Shown: positions 26,801 through 42,400 of the stretch, piece by piece
Layout: every line of letters starts with the position of its first letter
Numbering within the stretch: the first letter of the stretch is position 1
Origin: the human T2T-CHM13v2.0 reference genome, Homo sapiens
DNA length: 64,000 bases
Assembly (NCBI RefSeq): GCF_009914755.1
Contig: NC_060933.1
Reading direction: 5' to 3' (one strand)
Program-made: the position numbers and the translations under genes
The notes under the pieces: model-generated
What the model was told of the DNA's origin: nothing
What the model saw: the letters and a program-made list of their open reading frames with translations, nothing else
The model's database searches: none

Positions 26801-29800
26801 CATTCCAATCCATTCGAATCCATTCCATTGCACTCGGGTTGATTCCATTCCATTCCATTCCATTCCATTCCATTCCATTCCATTCCATTACATTCGGATT
26901 GATTCTATTCAATTCCCTTACACTCCATTACATTCCATTCCATTCGGGATGTTTCCATTCCATTCCATTCCATTCCACTCCATTCCATTGCATCAGGTTG
27001 ATTGCATTCCATTCCATTCCATTCCATTCCGGATGATTCCATTCCATTGCATTCCATTCCATTCCATTCCATTCCCCTGCACTCGGGTTGATTCCATTCG
27101 ATTCCATTCCATTCCATTCCATTCCATTCCGTTCCATTCCATTCCATTGCATTCTATTCCGGTTAATTCCATTCCATTCCATTCGATTCCATTCCATTCC
27201 ATTCCATTCCATTCCATTCCATTCCATTGCCATCGAGTTGATTCCATTCCATTCCATTCCATTCCGTTCCGGATGATTCCATTCCATTCCATTCCATTCC
27301 CCTGCAGTCGGGTTGATTCCATTCCATTCCATTCCATTCCATTCCATTCCATTCCATTCCATTCCATTGCATTCCATTCCGTTCCATTCCATTCCATTCC
27401 ATTCCATTCTATTCAGGTTAATTCCATTCCATTCCATTCCATTCCATTCCATTCCAATCGAGTTGATTCCATTCCATTCCATTCCATTCCACTACATTCC
27501 AGTCCTTTCCATTCCATTACACTCGGGTTGATTCCATTCTATTCCATTCTATTCCATTCCATTCCATTGCAATCGAGTTGATTCCATTGCTTTGCATTCC
27601 ATTCCATTCCATTCCATTCCGGATGATTCCATTCCATTGCATTCCATTCCATTCCATTCCCCTGCACTCGGGTTGATTCCATTCCATTCCACTCCATTCC
27701 TTTCCATTCCATTCCATTCCATTGTATTCGGGTTAATTCCATTCCATTCCATTCCATTCCATTCCATTCCAATACATTCCTTTACAATCGAGTTGATTCC
27801 ATTCCATTCCATTCCATTCCATTCCACTCCAGTCCTTTCCATTCCATTCCACTCGGGTTGATTCCATTCTATTAGTTTCCATTCCATTCCATTCCCTTCC
27901 ATTCCACTCTGATTGATTCCATTCCTTTCCATTCCACTCGAATACATTCCCACCTATTCCACTCGGAACGATTCCATTCCATTCCATTCCATTCCATTCC
28001 ATTCCATTCCATTCCATTCCAGTTCGTTCCATTCCATTCTATTCCGTACCATTCCTTTCCATTCCATTCCTTTCCACTCGTGTTGATTCCATTCCTTTCC
28101 ATTCCATTCGGTTTGAAGGCATTCCATTCCATTCAATTCCATTCCATTCCATTCCATTCCATTCCATTCCATTCCATTCCATTCCCCTGTACTCGGGTTG
28201 ATTCCAATCCATTCCATTCCAATCCATGCCATTCCACTCGTGTTGATTCCGTTCTTTCCATTCCATTCAAGTTGAATCCATTCCATTGCATTCCATTCCA
28301 TTCGATTCCATTCGATTGCACTCGGGTTGATTCCATTCCATTGCATTCCATTCCATTCCATTCCGTTCCATTCCATTCCATTACATTCGGATTGATTCTA
28401 TTCAATTCCCTTACACTCCATTACATTCCATTCCATTCGGGTAGTTTCCATTCCATTCCATTCCATTCCTCTCCATTCCATTGAACTCGGGTTGATTCCA
28501 TTCCATTGCATTCCATTCCATTCCATTCCATTCCATTCCGTTCCATTCCATTCCATTACATTCGGATTGATTCTATTCAACTCCCTTACTCTCCATTACA
28601 TTCCGTTCCATTCGGGTTGTTCCATTCCATTCCATTCCATTCCACTCCATTCCATTGCACTCGGGTTGATTCCATTCCATTCCATTCCATTCCATTCCAT
28701 TCCATTCCATTCCATTCCGTTCCGGAAGATTCCATTCCATTGCATTCCATTCCATTCCATTCCCCTGCACTCGCGTTGATTCCATTCCATTCCATTTGAT
28801 TCCATTCCATTCCATTCCATTCCATTCCGGAAGATTCCATTCCATTGCATTCCATTCCATTCCATTCCCCTGCACTCGCGTTGATTCCATTCCATTCCAT
28901 TCCATTCCATTCCATTCCGTTCCGTTCCGTTCCATTCCATTCCAATCCATTCCATTCCATTCCATTCCATTCCGTTCCGTTCCATTCCATTCCATTCCAT
29001 TCTATTTGGGTTAATTCCATTCCATTCCATTGGATTGCAATCGAGTTGATTCCATTCCATTCCATTCCATTCCATTCCATTCCATTCCATTCCTTTCCAT
29101 TCCATTACGGGTGACTCCATTCCATTGCATTCCATTCCATTCCATTCCCCTGTACTCGGGTTGATTCCATTCCATTCCATTCCAATCCATGCCATTCCAC
29201 TCGTGTTGATTCCATTCTTTCCATTCCATTCAAGTTGAATCCATTCCATTGCATTGCATTCCATTCGATTCCATTCGATTGCACTCGGGTTCATTCCATT
29301 CCATTCCATTCCATTCCATTCCATTCCGTTCCGTTCCATTCCATTCCATTCTATTCGGATTGATTCTATTCAATTCCCTTACACTCCATTACATTCCATT
29401 CCATTCGGGTAGTTTCCATTCCATTCCATTCCATTCCTCTCCATTCCATTGCACTCGGGTTGATTCCATTCAATTGCATTCCATTCCATTCCATTCAATT
29501 CCATTCCGTTCCATTCCATTCCATTACATTCGGAATGATTCTATTCAACTCCCTTACTCTCCATTACATTCCATTCCATTCGGGTTGTTCCATTCCATTC
29601 CATTCCATTCCACTCCATTCCATTGCACTCGGGTTGATTCCATTCCATTCCATTCCATTCCATTCCGGAAGATTCCATTCCATTGCATTCCATTACATTC
29701 CATTACCCTGCACTCGCGTTGATTCCATTCCATTCCATTCCATTCCATTCCGTTCCATTCCATTCCTTTCCGTTCCATTCCATTCCATTCCATTCCATTC

Positions 29801-32300
29801 CATTCCGTTCCGTTCCGTTCCGTTCCATTCCATTCCATTCTATTCGGGTTAATTCCATTCCATTCCATTCGATTGCAATCGAGTTGATTCCATTCCATTC
29901 CATTCCATTCCATTCCATTCCATTCCATTCCTTTCCATTCCATTACGGATGATTCCATTCCATTGCATTCCATTCCATTCCATTCCCCTGTACTCGGGTT
30001 GATTCCATTCCATTCCATTCCAATCCATGCCATTCCACTCGTGTTGATTCCATTCTTTCCATTCCATTCAAGTTGAATCCATTCCATTGCATTCCATTCC
30101 ATTCGATTCCATTCGATTGCACTCGGGTTGATTCCATGGCATTGCATTCCATTCCATTCCATTCCATTCCATTCCATTCCTTTCCATTCCATTCCATTCG
30201 GATTCATTCTATTCAATTCCCTTACACTCCATTACATTCCATTCCATTCGTGTAGTTTCCATTCCATTCCATTCCATTCCTCTCCATTCCATTGCACTCG
30301 GGTTGATTCCATTCCATTCCATTCCATTCCATTCCATTCCATTCCATTCCATTCCGGATGATTCCATTCCATTGAATTCCATTCCATTCCATTCCCCTGC
30401 ACTTAGGTTGATTCCATTCCATTCCATTCCATTCCTTTCTGTTCCATTCAATTCCATTCCATTCCATTCTATTCGTGTTAATTCCATTCCATTCTATTCC
30501 ATTCCATTCCATTGAAATCGAGTTGATTCCATTCCATTCCATTCCATTCCATTCCATTCCATTCCGGATGATTCCATTCCATTGCATTCCATTCCATTCC
30601 ATTCCCCTGCACTCGGGTTGATTCCATTCCATTCCATTCCATTCCATTCCATTCCATTCCATTCCACTCGGGTTGATTCCATTCTATTCCTTTCAATTCC
30701 ATTCCATTCCATTGCAATCGAGTTGATTCCATTCGAGTTGAATCCATTCCATTCCATTCCATTCCATTGCACACGGGTTCATTCCATTCCATTCCATTCC
30801 ATTCCGTTCCATTCCATTCCATTCCATTTCATTCCATTCCATTCTATTCCGTACCATTCCATTCCATCCCATTCCATTCTGTTCCATTCCATGCCATTAC
30901 ACTCGGGTTGATTCCATTCCTTTCCATTACATTCTTATTGAATCCATTCCATTCCAATCCATTCGAATCCATTCCATTGCACTCGGGTTGATTCCATTCC
31001 ATTCCATTCCATTCCATTCCATTCCATTCCATTACATTCGGATTGATTCTATTCAATTCCCTTACACTCCATTACATTCCATTCCATTCGGGATGTTTCC
31101 ATTCCATTCCATTCCATTCCACTCCATTCCATTGCATCAGGTTGATTGCATTCCATTCCATTCCATTCCATTCCGGATGATTCCATTCCATTGCATTCCA
31201 TTCCATTCCATTCCCCTGCACTCGGGTTGATTCCATTCCATTCCATTCCATTCCATTCCATTCCATTCCATTCCGTTCCATTCCATTCCATTGCATTCTA
31301 TTCCGGTTAATTCCATTCCATTCCATTCGATTCCATTCCATTCCATTGCATTCCATTCCATTGCCATCGAGTTGATTCCATTCCATTCCATTCCATTCCG
31401 TTCCGGATGATTCCATTCCATTCCATTCCATTCCATTCCATTCCCCTGCAGTCGGGTTGATTCCATTCCATTCCATTCCATTCCATTCCATTCCATTCCA
31501 TTGCATTCCATTCCGTTCCATTCCATTCCATTCCATTCCATTCTATTCAGGTTAATTCCATTCCATTCCATTCCATTCCATTCCATTCCAATCGAGTTGA
31601 TTCCATTCCATTCCATTCCATTCCACTACATTCCAGTCCTTTCCATTCCATTACACTCGGGTTGATTCCATTCTATTCCATTCTATTCCATTCCATTCCA
31701 TTGCAATCCAGTTGATTCCATTGCTTTGCATTCCATTCCATTCCATTCCATTCCGGATGATGCCATTCCATTGCATTCCATTCCATTCCATTCCCCTGCA
31801 CTCGGGTTGATTCCATTCCATTCCACTCCATTCCTTTCCATTCCATTCCATTCCATTGTATTCGGGTTAATTCCATTCCATTCCATTCCATTCCATTCCA
31901 TTCCAATACATTCCTTTACAATCGAGTTGATTCCATTCCATTCCATTCCATTCCATTCCACTCCAGTCCTTTCCATTCCATTCCACTCGGGTTGATTCCA
32001 TTCTATTAGTTTCCATTCCATTCCATTCCCTTCCATTCCACTCTGGTTGATTCCATTCCTTTCCATTCCACTCGAATACATTCCCTCCTATTCCACTCGG
32101 AACGATTCCATTCCATTCCATTCCATTCCATTCCATTGCATTCCATTCCATTCCATTCCAGTTAGTTCCATTCCATTCTATTCCGTACCATTCCTTTCCA
32201 TTCCATTCCTTTCCACTCGTGTTGATTCCATTCATTTCCATTCCATTCGGTTTGAAGGCATTCCATTCCATTCAATTCCATTCCATTCCATTCCATTCCA
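23870..32300 (-). repeat. ~5.5-kb-period duplication (~23870-28170 and ~29360-32300); the first copy contains the 1.27-kb duplication
   Basis: ORF offsets 24445/29943 (5498), 25354/30767 (5413) and 27517/31651 (4134). Shared markers ATTACCCTGCAC, CCATGGCATTG, CACTTAGGTTG, AATACATTCCTTTACAATCG. Confidence 0.85.
25080..27660 (-). repeat. ~1.27-kb tandem duplication
   Basis: ORF offsets 25181/26445 (1264) and 25636/26905 (1269). Shared markers CCGTCCCATTTC, GCACACGGGTTC, CTTATTGAATC, GCATCAGGTTG. Confidence 0.92.
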
Positions 32301-33462
32301 TTCCATTCCATTCCATTCTTTTCCATTCCATTGCAATCGAGTTGAATCCATTGCCTTTCATTCCATTCCATTCCATTACATTACATTCCGGAAGATTCCA
32401 TTCCATTGCATTCCATTCCATTCCATTCCCCTGCACTCGCGTTGATTCCATTCCATTCCATTCCATTCCATTCAATTCCATTCCATTCCATTCCTTTCTA
32501 TTCCATTACGGATGACTCCATTCCATTGCATTCCATTCCATTCCATTCCCCTGTACTCGGGTTGATTCCATTCCATTCCATTCCACTCCATTCGGTTCCG
32601 TTGCATTCCATTCTATTGCATTCCATTCTATTCGGGTTAATTCCATTCCATTCTATTCCATTCCATTCCATTCCATTCCATTGCAATGGAGTTGATTCCA
32701 TTCCCTTCCATTCCATTCCGGATGATTCCATTCCATTGCATTCCATTCCATTCCATTCCCCTGCACTCGTGTTGATTCCATTCCCTTCCATTCCATTCCA
32801 TTCCGTTCCATTCCCTTCCTTTCCGTTCTATTCCGGTTAATTCCATTCCATTCCATTCCATTCCATTCCATTCCACTCCATTGCAATCGAGTTGATTCCA
32901 TTCCATTCCTTTCCATTCCATTCCATTGCCTTGCATTGCACTCGGGTTGATTCCATTCCTTTCTTCCCACTCCATTACATTCCCTTCCATTCCACTCGGA
33001 ATGATTGATTCCATTCCATTCCATTCCATTTCATTCCATTGCAATCCATTCCAATCCATTCCGTTCCATTCCATTCCACTCGAGTTGACTTCATTCCATT
33101 CCTTTCCATTCCATTCCATTCCTTTCCACTCGAGTTGATTCCATTCCATTCCATTCCATTGCATTCCATTCTATGCCATTCCACTCGGGTTGATTCCATT
33201 CCTTTGCATTCCATTCCATTCCATTGCATTCCATTCCATTTCATTCCGTTGCATTCCATTCCATTACATTCGGATTGATTCTATTCAACTCCCTTACTGT
33301 CCATTACATTCCATTCCATTCGGCTTGTTCCATTCCATTCCATTCCATTCCACTCCATTGCATTGCACTCGGGTTGATTCCATTCCACTCCATTCCATTC
33401 CATTCCATTCCGGATGATTCCATTCCATTGCATTCCGTTCCATTACATTCCCCTGCACTCGC

Positions 33463-36400
33463 GTTGATTCCATTCCATTCCATTCCATTCCATTCAATTC
33501 CTTTCCATTACCATTCGTTCCATTCCATTCTATTCCGTACCATTCCATTCCATTCCATACCATTCCATTCCATTCCATTCCATTCCATTCCATTCCATTC
33601 CATTCCATTCCATTCTATTCCATTCCACTGCAATCGAGTTGAATCCATTGCATTTCATTCCATTCCATTGCATTCCATTCCATTCCGGAAGATTCCATTC
33701 CATTGCATTCCATTCCATTCCATTCCCCTGCACTCGCGTTGATTCCATTCCATTCCATTCCATTCCATTCCATTCCATTCCATTCCGTTCCGTTCCGTTC
33801 CTTTCCATTCCATTCCATTCCATTCCATTCCATTCCGTTCCGTTCCATTCCATTCCATCCCATTCTATTCGGGTTAATTCCATTCCATTCCATTCGATTG
33901 TAATCGAGTTGATTCCATTCCATTCCATTCCATTCCATTCCATTCCATTCCTTTCCATTCCATTACGGATGATTCCATTCCATTGCATTCCATTCCATTC
34001 CATTCCCCTGTACTCGGGTTGATTCCATTCCATTGCATTCCAATCCATGCCCTTCCTCTCGTGTTGATTCCATTCTTTCCATTCCATTCAAGTTGAATCC
34101 ATTCCATTGCATTCCATTCCATTCGATTCCATTCGATTGCACTCGGGTTGATTCCATTCCATTGCATTCCATTCCATTCCATTCCATTCCATTACATTCG
34201 GATTGATTCTATTCAATTCCCTTACACTCCATTACATTCCATTCCATTCGGGTAGTTTCCATTCCATTCCATTCCATTCCTCTCCATTCCATTGCACTCG
34301 GGTTGATTCCATTCCATTGCATTCCATTCCATTCCATTCAATTCCATTCCGTTCCATTCCATTCCATTACATTCGGATTCATTCTATTCAACTCCCTTAC
34401 TCTCCATTACATTCCATTCCATTCGGGCTCTTCCATTCCATTCCATTCCATTCCACTCCATTCCATTGCACTCGGGTTTATTCCATTCCATTCCATTCCA
34501 TTCCATTCCATTCCATTCCATTCCGGAAGATTCCATTCCATTGCATTCCATTCCATTCCATTCCCCTGCACTCGGGTTGATTCCATTCCATTCCACTCCA
34601 TTCCGTTCCATTCCATTCCATTCCATTGTATTCGGGGTAATTCCATTCCATTCCATTCCATTCCATTCCATTCCATTCCATTACAATCGAGTTGATTCCA
34701 TTCCATTCGATTCCATTCCAGTCCTTTCCATTCCATTCCACTCGGGTTGATTCCATTCTATTAGTTTCCATTCCATTCCATTCCCTTCCATTCCACTCTG
34801 GTTGATTCCATTCCTTTCCATTCCACTCGAATAAATTCCCTCCTATTCCACTCGGAACGATTCCATTCCATTCCATTCCATTCCATTCCATTCCATTCCA
34901 TTTCGTTCCATTCCATTCTATTCCGTATCATTCCATTCCATTCCATTCCATTCCATTCCATTCCACTCGTGTTGATTCCATTCCTTTCCATTCCATTCGG
35001 TTTGAAGGCATTCCATTCCATTCCATTCCATTCCATTCCATTCCATTCCATTGTACTCTGGTTGATTGCATTCCATTGCATTCCATTCCATTCCATTCCG
35101 TTGCATTCCATTCCATTACATTCGGATTGATTCTATTCAACTCAATTACATTCCATTACATTCCATTCCATTCGGGTTGTTCCATTCCATTCCATTCCAT
35201 TCCACTCCATTCCATTGCACTCGGGTTGATTCCATTCCATTCCATTCCATTCCATTCCATTCCATTCCATTCCGGATGATTCCATTCCATTGCATTCCGT
35301 TCCATTACATTCCCCTGCACTCGCGTTGATTCCATTCCATTCCATTCAATTCCATTAAATTACAATTCGTTACATTCCATTCTATTCCGTACCATTCCAT
35401 TCCATTCCATTCCATTCCGTTCCATTCCGTTCCATTGCATTCCATTCCATTCTATTCGGGTTCATTCTATTCCATTCCATTCCGTTCCATTCTATTCCAT
35501 TCCATTGCAATCGAGTTGAATTCATTGCGTTTCATTCCATTCCATTCCATTCCATTCCATTCCATTCCGGAAGATTCCATTCCATTGCATTCCATTCCAT
35601 TCCATTCCCCTGCACTCGCGTTGATTCCATTCCATTCCATTCCATTCCATTCCATTCCATTCCGTTCCGTTCCATTCCACTCTATTCCATTCCATTCCAT
35701 TCCATTCCATTCCGTTCCTTTCCATTCCATTCCATTCTATTCTATTCGGGTTAATTCCATTCCATTCCATTCGATTGCAATCGAGTTGATTCCATTCCAT
35801 TGCATTCCATTCCATTCGATTCCATTCGATTGCACTCGGGTTGATTCCATTCCATTGCATTCCATTCCATTCCATTCCCCTGCACTCGGGTTGATTCCAT
35901 TACATTCCATTCCATTACATTCCATTCCATTCCGTTCCATTTCATTCTATTCGGGTTAATTCCATTCCATTCCATTCCACTCCATTCCAGTCCTTTCCTT
36001 TCCATTCCACTCGGGTTGATTCCATTCTATTCCTTTTAATTCCATTCCATTCCATTGCAATCGAGTGGATTCCATTCGAGTTGAATCCATTCCATTCCAT
36101 TCCATTCCATTCCATTCCATTCCATTCCATTCTATTCCATTTCATTCCATTCCGTTCTATTCCGTACCATTCCATTCCATCCCATTCCATTCCGTTCCAT
36201 TCCATGCCATTACACTCGGGTTGATTCCATTCCTTTCCATTCCATTCTTGTTGAATCCATTCCATTCCATTCCATTCCATTCCATTCGAATCCATTCCAT
36301 TGCACTCGGGTTGATTCCATTCCATTCCATTCCATTCCATTTCATTCCATTCCATTCCATTACATTCGGATTGATTCTATTCAATTCCCTTACACTCCAT

Positions 36401-39400
36401 TACATTCCATTCCATTCGGGATGTTTCCATTCCATTCCATTCCATTCCACTCCATTCCATTGCATCAGGTTGATTGCATTCCATTCCATTCCATTCCATT
36501 CCGGATGATTCCATTCCATTGCATTCCATTCCATTCCATTCCATTCCGTTCCGGATGATTCCATTCCATTCCATTCCATTCCATTCCATTCCCCTGCAGT
36601 CGGGTTGATTCCATTCCATTCCATTCCATTCCATTCCATTTTATTCCATTCCGTTCAATTCCATTCCATTCCATTCTATTCGGGTTAATTCCATTCCATT
36701 CCATTCCATTCCATTCTGTTCGGGTTAATTCCATTCCATTCCATTCCATTCCATTCCATTCCATTCTATTCCATTCCATTGCAATCGAGTTGAATCCATT
36801 GCATTTCATTCCATTCCATTCCATTCCATTCCATTCCATTCCATTCCGGAAGATTCCATTCCATTACATTCCATTCCATTCCATTCCCCTGCACTCGCGT
36901 TGATTCCATTCCATTCCATTCCATTCCATTCCATTCCGTTCCGTTCCGTTCCGTTCCTTTCCATTCCATTCCATTCCATTCCATTCCGTTCCGTTCCATT
37001 CCATTCAATTCCATTCTATTCGGGTTAATTCCATTCCATTCCATTCGATTGCAATCGTGTTGATTCCATTCCATTCCATTCCATTCCATTCCATTCCATT
37101 CCATTCCATTCCATTCCTTTCCATTCCATTACGGATGATTCCATTCCATTGCATTCCATTCCATTCCATTCCCCTGTACTCGGGTTGATTCCATTCCATT
37201 GCATTCCAATCCATGCCATTCCACTCGTGTTGATTCCATTCTTTCCATTCCGTTCAAGTTGAATCCATTCCGTTGCATTATATTCCATTCGATTCCATTC
37301 GATTTCACTCGGGTTGATTCCATTCCATTGCATTCCATTCCATTCCATTCCATTCCATTCCGTTCCATTCCATTCCATTACATTCGGATTGATTCTATTC
37401 AACTCCCTTACTCTCCATTACATTCCATTCCATTCGGGTTGTTCCATTCCATTCCATTCCATTCCACTCCATTCCATTGGACTCGGGTTTATTCCATTCC
37501 ATTCCATTCCATTCCATTCCATTCCGGAAGATTCCATTCCATTGCATTCCATTCCATTCCATTCCCCTGCACTCGCGTTGATTCCATTCTATTCCATTCT
37601 ATTCCATTCCTTTCCCTTCCTTTCCGTTCCATTCCGTTCCATTCCGTTCAGTTCCGTTCCACTCCATTCCATTCCATTCTATTCGGGTTAATTCCATTCC
37701 ATTCCATTCGATTGCAATCGAGTTGATTCCATTCCATTCCATTTCATTCCATTCCATTCCATTCCATTCCATTCCATTCCTTTCCATTCCATTACGGATG
37801 ATTCCATTCCATTGCATTCCATTCCATTCCATTCCCCTGTACTCGGGTTGATTCCATTCCATTCCATTCCAATCCATGCCCTTCCACTCGTGTTGATTCC
37901 ATTCTTTCCATTCCATTCTAGTTGAATCCATTCCATTGCATTCCATTCCATTCGATTCCATTCGATTGCACTCGGGTTGATTCCATTCCATTGCATTCCA
38001 TTCCATTCCATTCCATTCCATTCCATTCCATTCCGTTCCATTCCATTCCATTACATTCGGATTGATTCTATTCAACTCCCTTACTCTCCATTACATTCGA
38101 TTCCATTCGGGTTGTTCCATTCCATTCCATTCCATTCGACTCCATTCCATTGCACTCGGGTTGATTCCATTACATTCCATTCCATTCCGGAAGATTCCAT
38201 TCCATTGCATTCCATTACATTCCATTCCCCTGCACTCGCGTTGATTCCATTCCTTTCCATTCCATTCCATTCCATTCCATTCCATTCCGTTCCATTCCAT
38301 TCCATTCCATTCCATTCCATTCCATTCCGTTCCGTTCCATTCCATTCCATTCCATTCTATTCGGGTTAATTCCATTCCATTCCATTCCATTGCAATCTTG
38401 TTGATTCCATTCCATTCCATTCCATTCCATTACATTCGGATTGATTCTATTCAACTCCCTTACTCTCCATTACATTCCATTCCATTCGGGTTGTTCCATT
38501 CCATTCCATTCCATTCCACTCCATTCCATTGCACTCGGGTTTATTCCATTCCATTCCATTCCATTCCATTCCATTCCATTCCGGAAGATTCCATTCCATT
38601 GCATTCCATTCCATTCCATTCCCCTGCACTCGCGTTGATTCCACTCCATTCCATTCCATTCCATTCCATTCCATTCCATTCCATTCCTTTCCGTTCCATT
38701 CCATTCCATTCCATTCCATTCCATTCCGTTCCGTTCCGTTCTATTCTATTCCATTCCATTCTATTCGGGTTAATTCCATTCCATTCCATTCGATTGCAAT
38801 CGAGTTGATTCCATTCCATTCCTTTCCATTCCATTCCATTCCATTCCATTCCATTCCTTTCCATTCCATTACGGATGATTCCATTCCATTGCATTCCATT
38901 CCATTCCATTCCCCTGTACTCGGGTTGATTCCATTCCATTCCATTCCATTCCATTCTATTCCATTCCATTCCATTCCATTCCGGAAGATTCCATTCCATT
39001 GCATTCCATTCCATTCCATTCCCCTGCACTCGCGTTGATTCCATTCAATTCCATTCCATTCCATTCCATTCCATTCCATTCCGATCCGTTCCGTTCCATT
39101 CCATTCCATTCCATTCCATTCCGTTCCGTTCCATTCCATTCCATTCCATTCCATTCCATTCCATTCCATTCTATTCGGGTTAATTCCATTCCATTCCATT
39201 CAATTGCAATCAAGTTGATTCCATTCCATTCCATTCCATTCCATTCCATTCCTTTCCATTACATTACGGATGATTCCATTCCATTTAATTCCATTCCATT
39301 TCATTCCATTCCATTCCATTCCCCTTTACTCGGGTTGATTCCATTCCATTCCATTCCAATCCATGCCATTCCACTCGTGTTGATTCCATTCTTTCCATTC

Positions 39401-42400
39401 CATTCAAGTTGAATCCATTCCGTTGCATTCCATTCCATTCGATTCCATTTGATTGCACTCGGGTTGATTCCATGGCATTGCATTCCATTCCATTCCATTC
39501 CATTCCATTCCATTCCATTCCATTCCTTTCCATTCCATTCCATTCCATTCCATTCGGATTCATTCTATTCAATTCCCTTACACTCCATTACATTCCATTC
39601 CATTCGTGTAGTTTCCATTCCATTCCATTCCATTCCTCTCCATTCCATTGCACTCTGGTTGATTCCATTCCATTCCATTCCATTCCATTCCATTCCATTC
39701 CGGATGATTCCATTCCATAGAATTCCATTCCATTCCATTCCCCTGCACTTGGGTTGATTCCATTCCATTCCATTCCATTCCTTTCTGTTCCATTCCATTC
39801 CATTCCATTCCATTCTATTCGTGTTAATTCCGTTCCATTCTATTCCATTTCATTCCATTGAAATCGAGTTCATTCCATTCCATTCCTTTCCATTCCATTC
39901 CTTTCCATTCCATTACTAATGATTCCATTCCATTCCATTCCATTCCATTCCATTCCCCTGCAGTCGGGTTGATTCCATTCCATTCCATTTCATTCCATTC
40001 CATTCCATTCCATTCCATTCCGTTCCATTCCATTCCTTTCAATTCTATTTGGGTTAATTCCATTCCATTCCATTCCGTTCCGTTCCATTCCATTCCATTC
40101 CATTCCATTCCGTTCCGTTCCATTCCAATCCATTCCATTCTATTCGGGTTAATTCCATTCCATTCCATTCGATTGCCATCAAGTTGATTCCATTCCATTC
40201 CATTCCATTCCATTCCATTCCTTTCCATTCCATTACGGATGATTCCATTCCATTGCATTCCATTCCATTCCATTCTCCTGTACTCGGTTTGATTCCATTC
40301 CATTCCATTCCAATCCATGCCATTCCACTCCTGTTGATTCCATTCTTTCCATTCCATTCATGTTGAATCCATTCCATTGCATTCCATTCCATTCGATTCC
40401 ATTCGATTGCACTCGGGTTGATTCCATTCCATTGCATTGCATTCCATTCAATTCCATTCCATTTCATTCTATTCCGTTCCATTCCATTCCATTACATTCG
40501 GATTGATTCTATTCAATTCCCTTACACTCCATTACATTCCATTCCATTCGGGTAGTTTCCATTCCATTCCATTCCATTCCTCTCCATTCCATTGCACTGG
40601 GGTTGATTCCATTCCATTGCATTCCATTCCATTCCATTCAATTCCATTCCGTTCCATTCCATTCCATTACATTCGGATTGATTCTATTCAACTCCCTTAC
40701 TCTCCATTACATTCGATTCCATTCGGGTTGTTCCATTCCATTCCATTCCATTCCACTCCATTCCATTGCACTCGGGTTTATTCCATTCCATTCCATTCCA
40801 TTCCATTCCATTCCATTCCATTCCATTCCGGAATATTCCATTCCATTGCATTCCATTCCATTCCATTCCCCTGCACTCGCGTTGATTCCATTCCATTCCA
40901 TTCCATTCCATTCCATTCCATTGCATTCCTTTCCTTTCCATTCCATTCCATTCCATTCCAATCCATTCCATTCCGTTCCGTTCCGTTCCATTCCATTCCA
41001 TTCCATTCTATTCGGGTTAATTCCATTCCATTCCATTCGATTGCAAACGAGTTGATTCCATTCCATTCTATTCCATTCCATTCCATTCCTTTCCATTCCA
41101 TTACGGATGATTCCATTCCATTGCATTCCATTCCATTCCATTCCCCTGTACTCGGGTTGATTCCATTCCATTCCATTTCACTTCTTGCCATTCCACTCGT
41201 GTTGATTCCATTCTTTCCATTCCATTCAAGTTGAATCCATTCCATTGCATTCCATTCCATTCCATTCCCCTGCAGTCGGGTTGATTCCATTCCATTCCAT
41301 TCCATTCCATTCCATTCCATTCCGTTCCGTTCCGTTCCATTCCATTCCATTCCATTCTATTCAGTTAATTCCATTCCATTCCATTCCATTCCATTCCAAT
41401 CGAGTTGATTCCATTCCATTCCATTCCATTCCATTCAATTCCTTTCCATTACCATTCGTTCCATTCCATTCTATTCCGTACCATTCCATTCCATTCCATA
41501 CCATTCCATTCCATTCCATTCCATTCCATTCCATTCCATTCCATTCCATTCCATTCTATTCCATTCCACTGCAATCGAGTTGAATCCATTGCATTTCATT
41601 CCATTCCATTGCATTCCATTCCATTCCGGAAGATTCCATTCCATTGCATTCCATTCCATTCCATTCCCCTGCACTCGCGTTGATTCCATTCCATTCCATT
41701 CCATTCCATTCCATTCCATTCCATTCCGTTCCGTTCCGTTCCTTTCCATTCCATTCCATTCCATTCCATTCCATTCCGTTCCGTTCCATTCCATTCCATC
41801 CCATTCTATTCGGGTTAATTCCATTCCATTCCATTCGATTGTAATCGAGTTGATTCCATTCCATTCCATTCCATTCCATTCCATTCCATTCCTTTCCATT
41901 CCATTACGGATGATTCCATTCCATTGCATTCCATTCCATTCCATTCCCCTGTACTCGGGTTGATTCCATTCCATTGCATTCCAATCCATGCCCTTCCTCT
42001 CGTGTTGATTCCATTCTTTCCATTCCATTCAAGTTGAATCCATTCCATTGCATTCCATTCCATTCGATTCCATTCGATTGCACTCGGGTTGATTCCATTC
42101 CATTGCATTCCATTCCATTCCATTCCATTCCATTACATTCGGATTGATTCTATTCAATTCCCTTACACTCCATTACATTCCATTCCATTCGGGTAGTTTC
42201 CATTCCATTCCATTCCATTCCTCTCCATTCCATTGCACTCGGGTTGATTCCATTCCATTGCATTCCATTCCATTCCATTCAATTCCATTCCGTTCCATTC
42301 CATTCCATTACATTCGGATTCATTCTATTCAACTCCCTTACTCTCCATTACATTCCATTCCATTCGGGCTCTTCCATTCCATTCCATTCCATTCCACTCC

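Noticed and set aside
1-40400. Giant perfect palindrome or fold-back centred on 20198 (breakage-fusion-bridge product or read chimera)
   Set aside because: Perfect symmetry extends only 12 bp. Cassette order on the two sides is not mirrored, and the best inverted match is centred near 16.5 kb.
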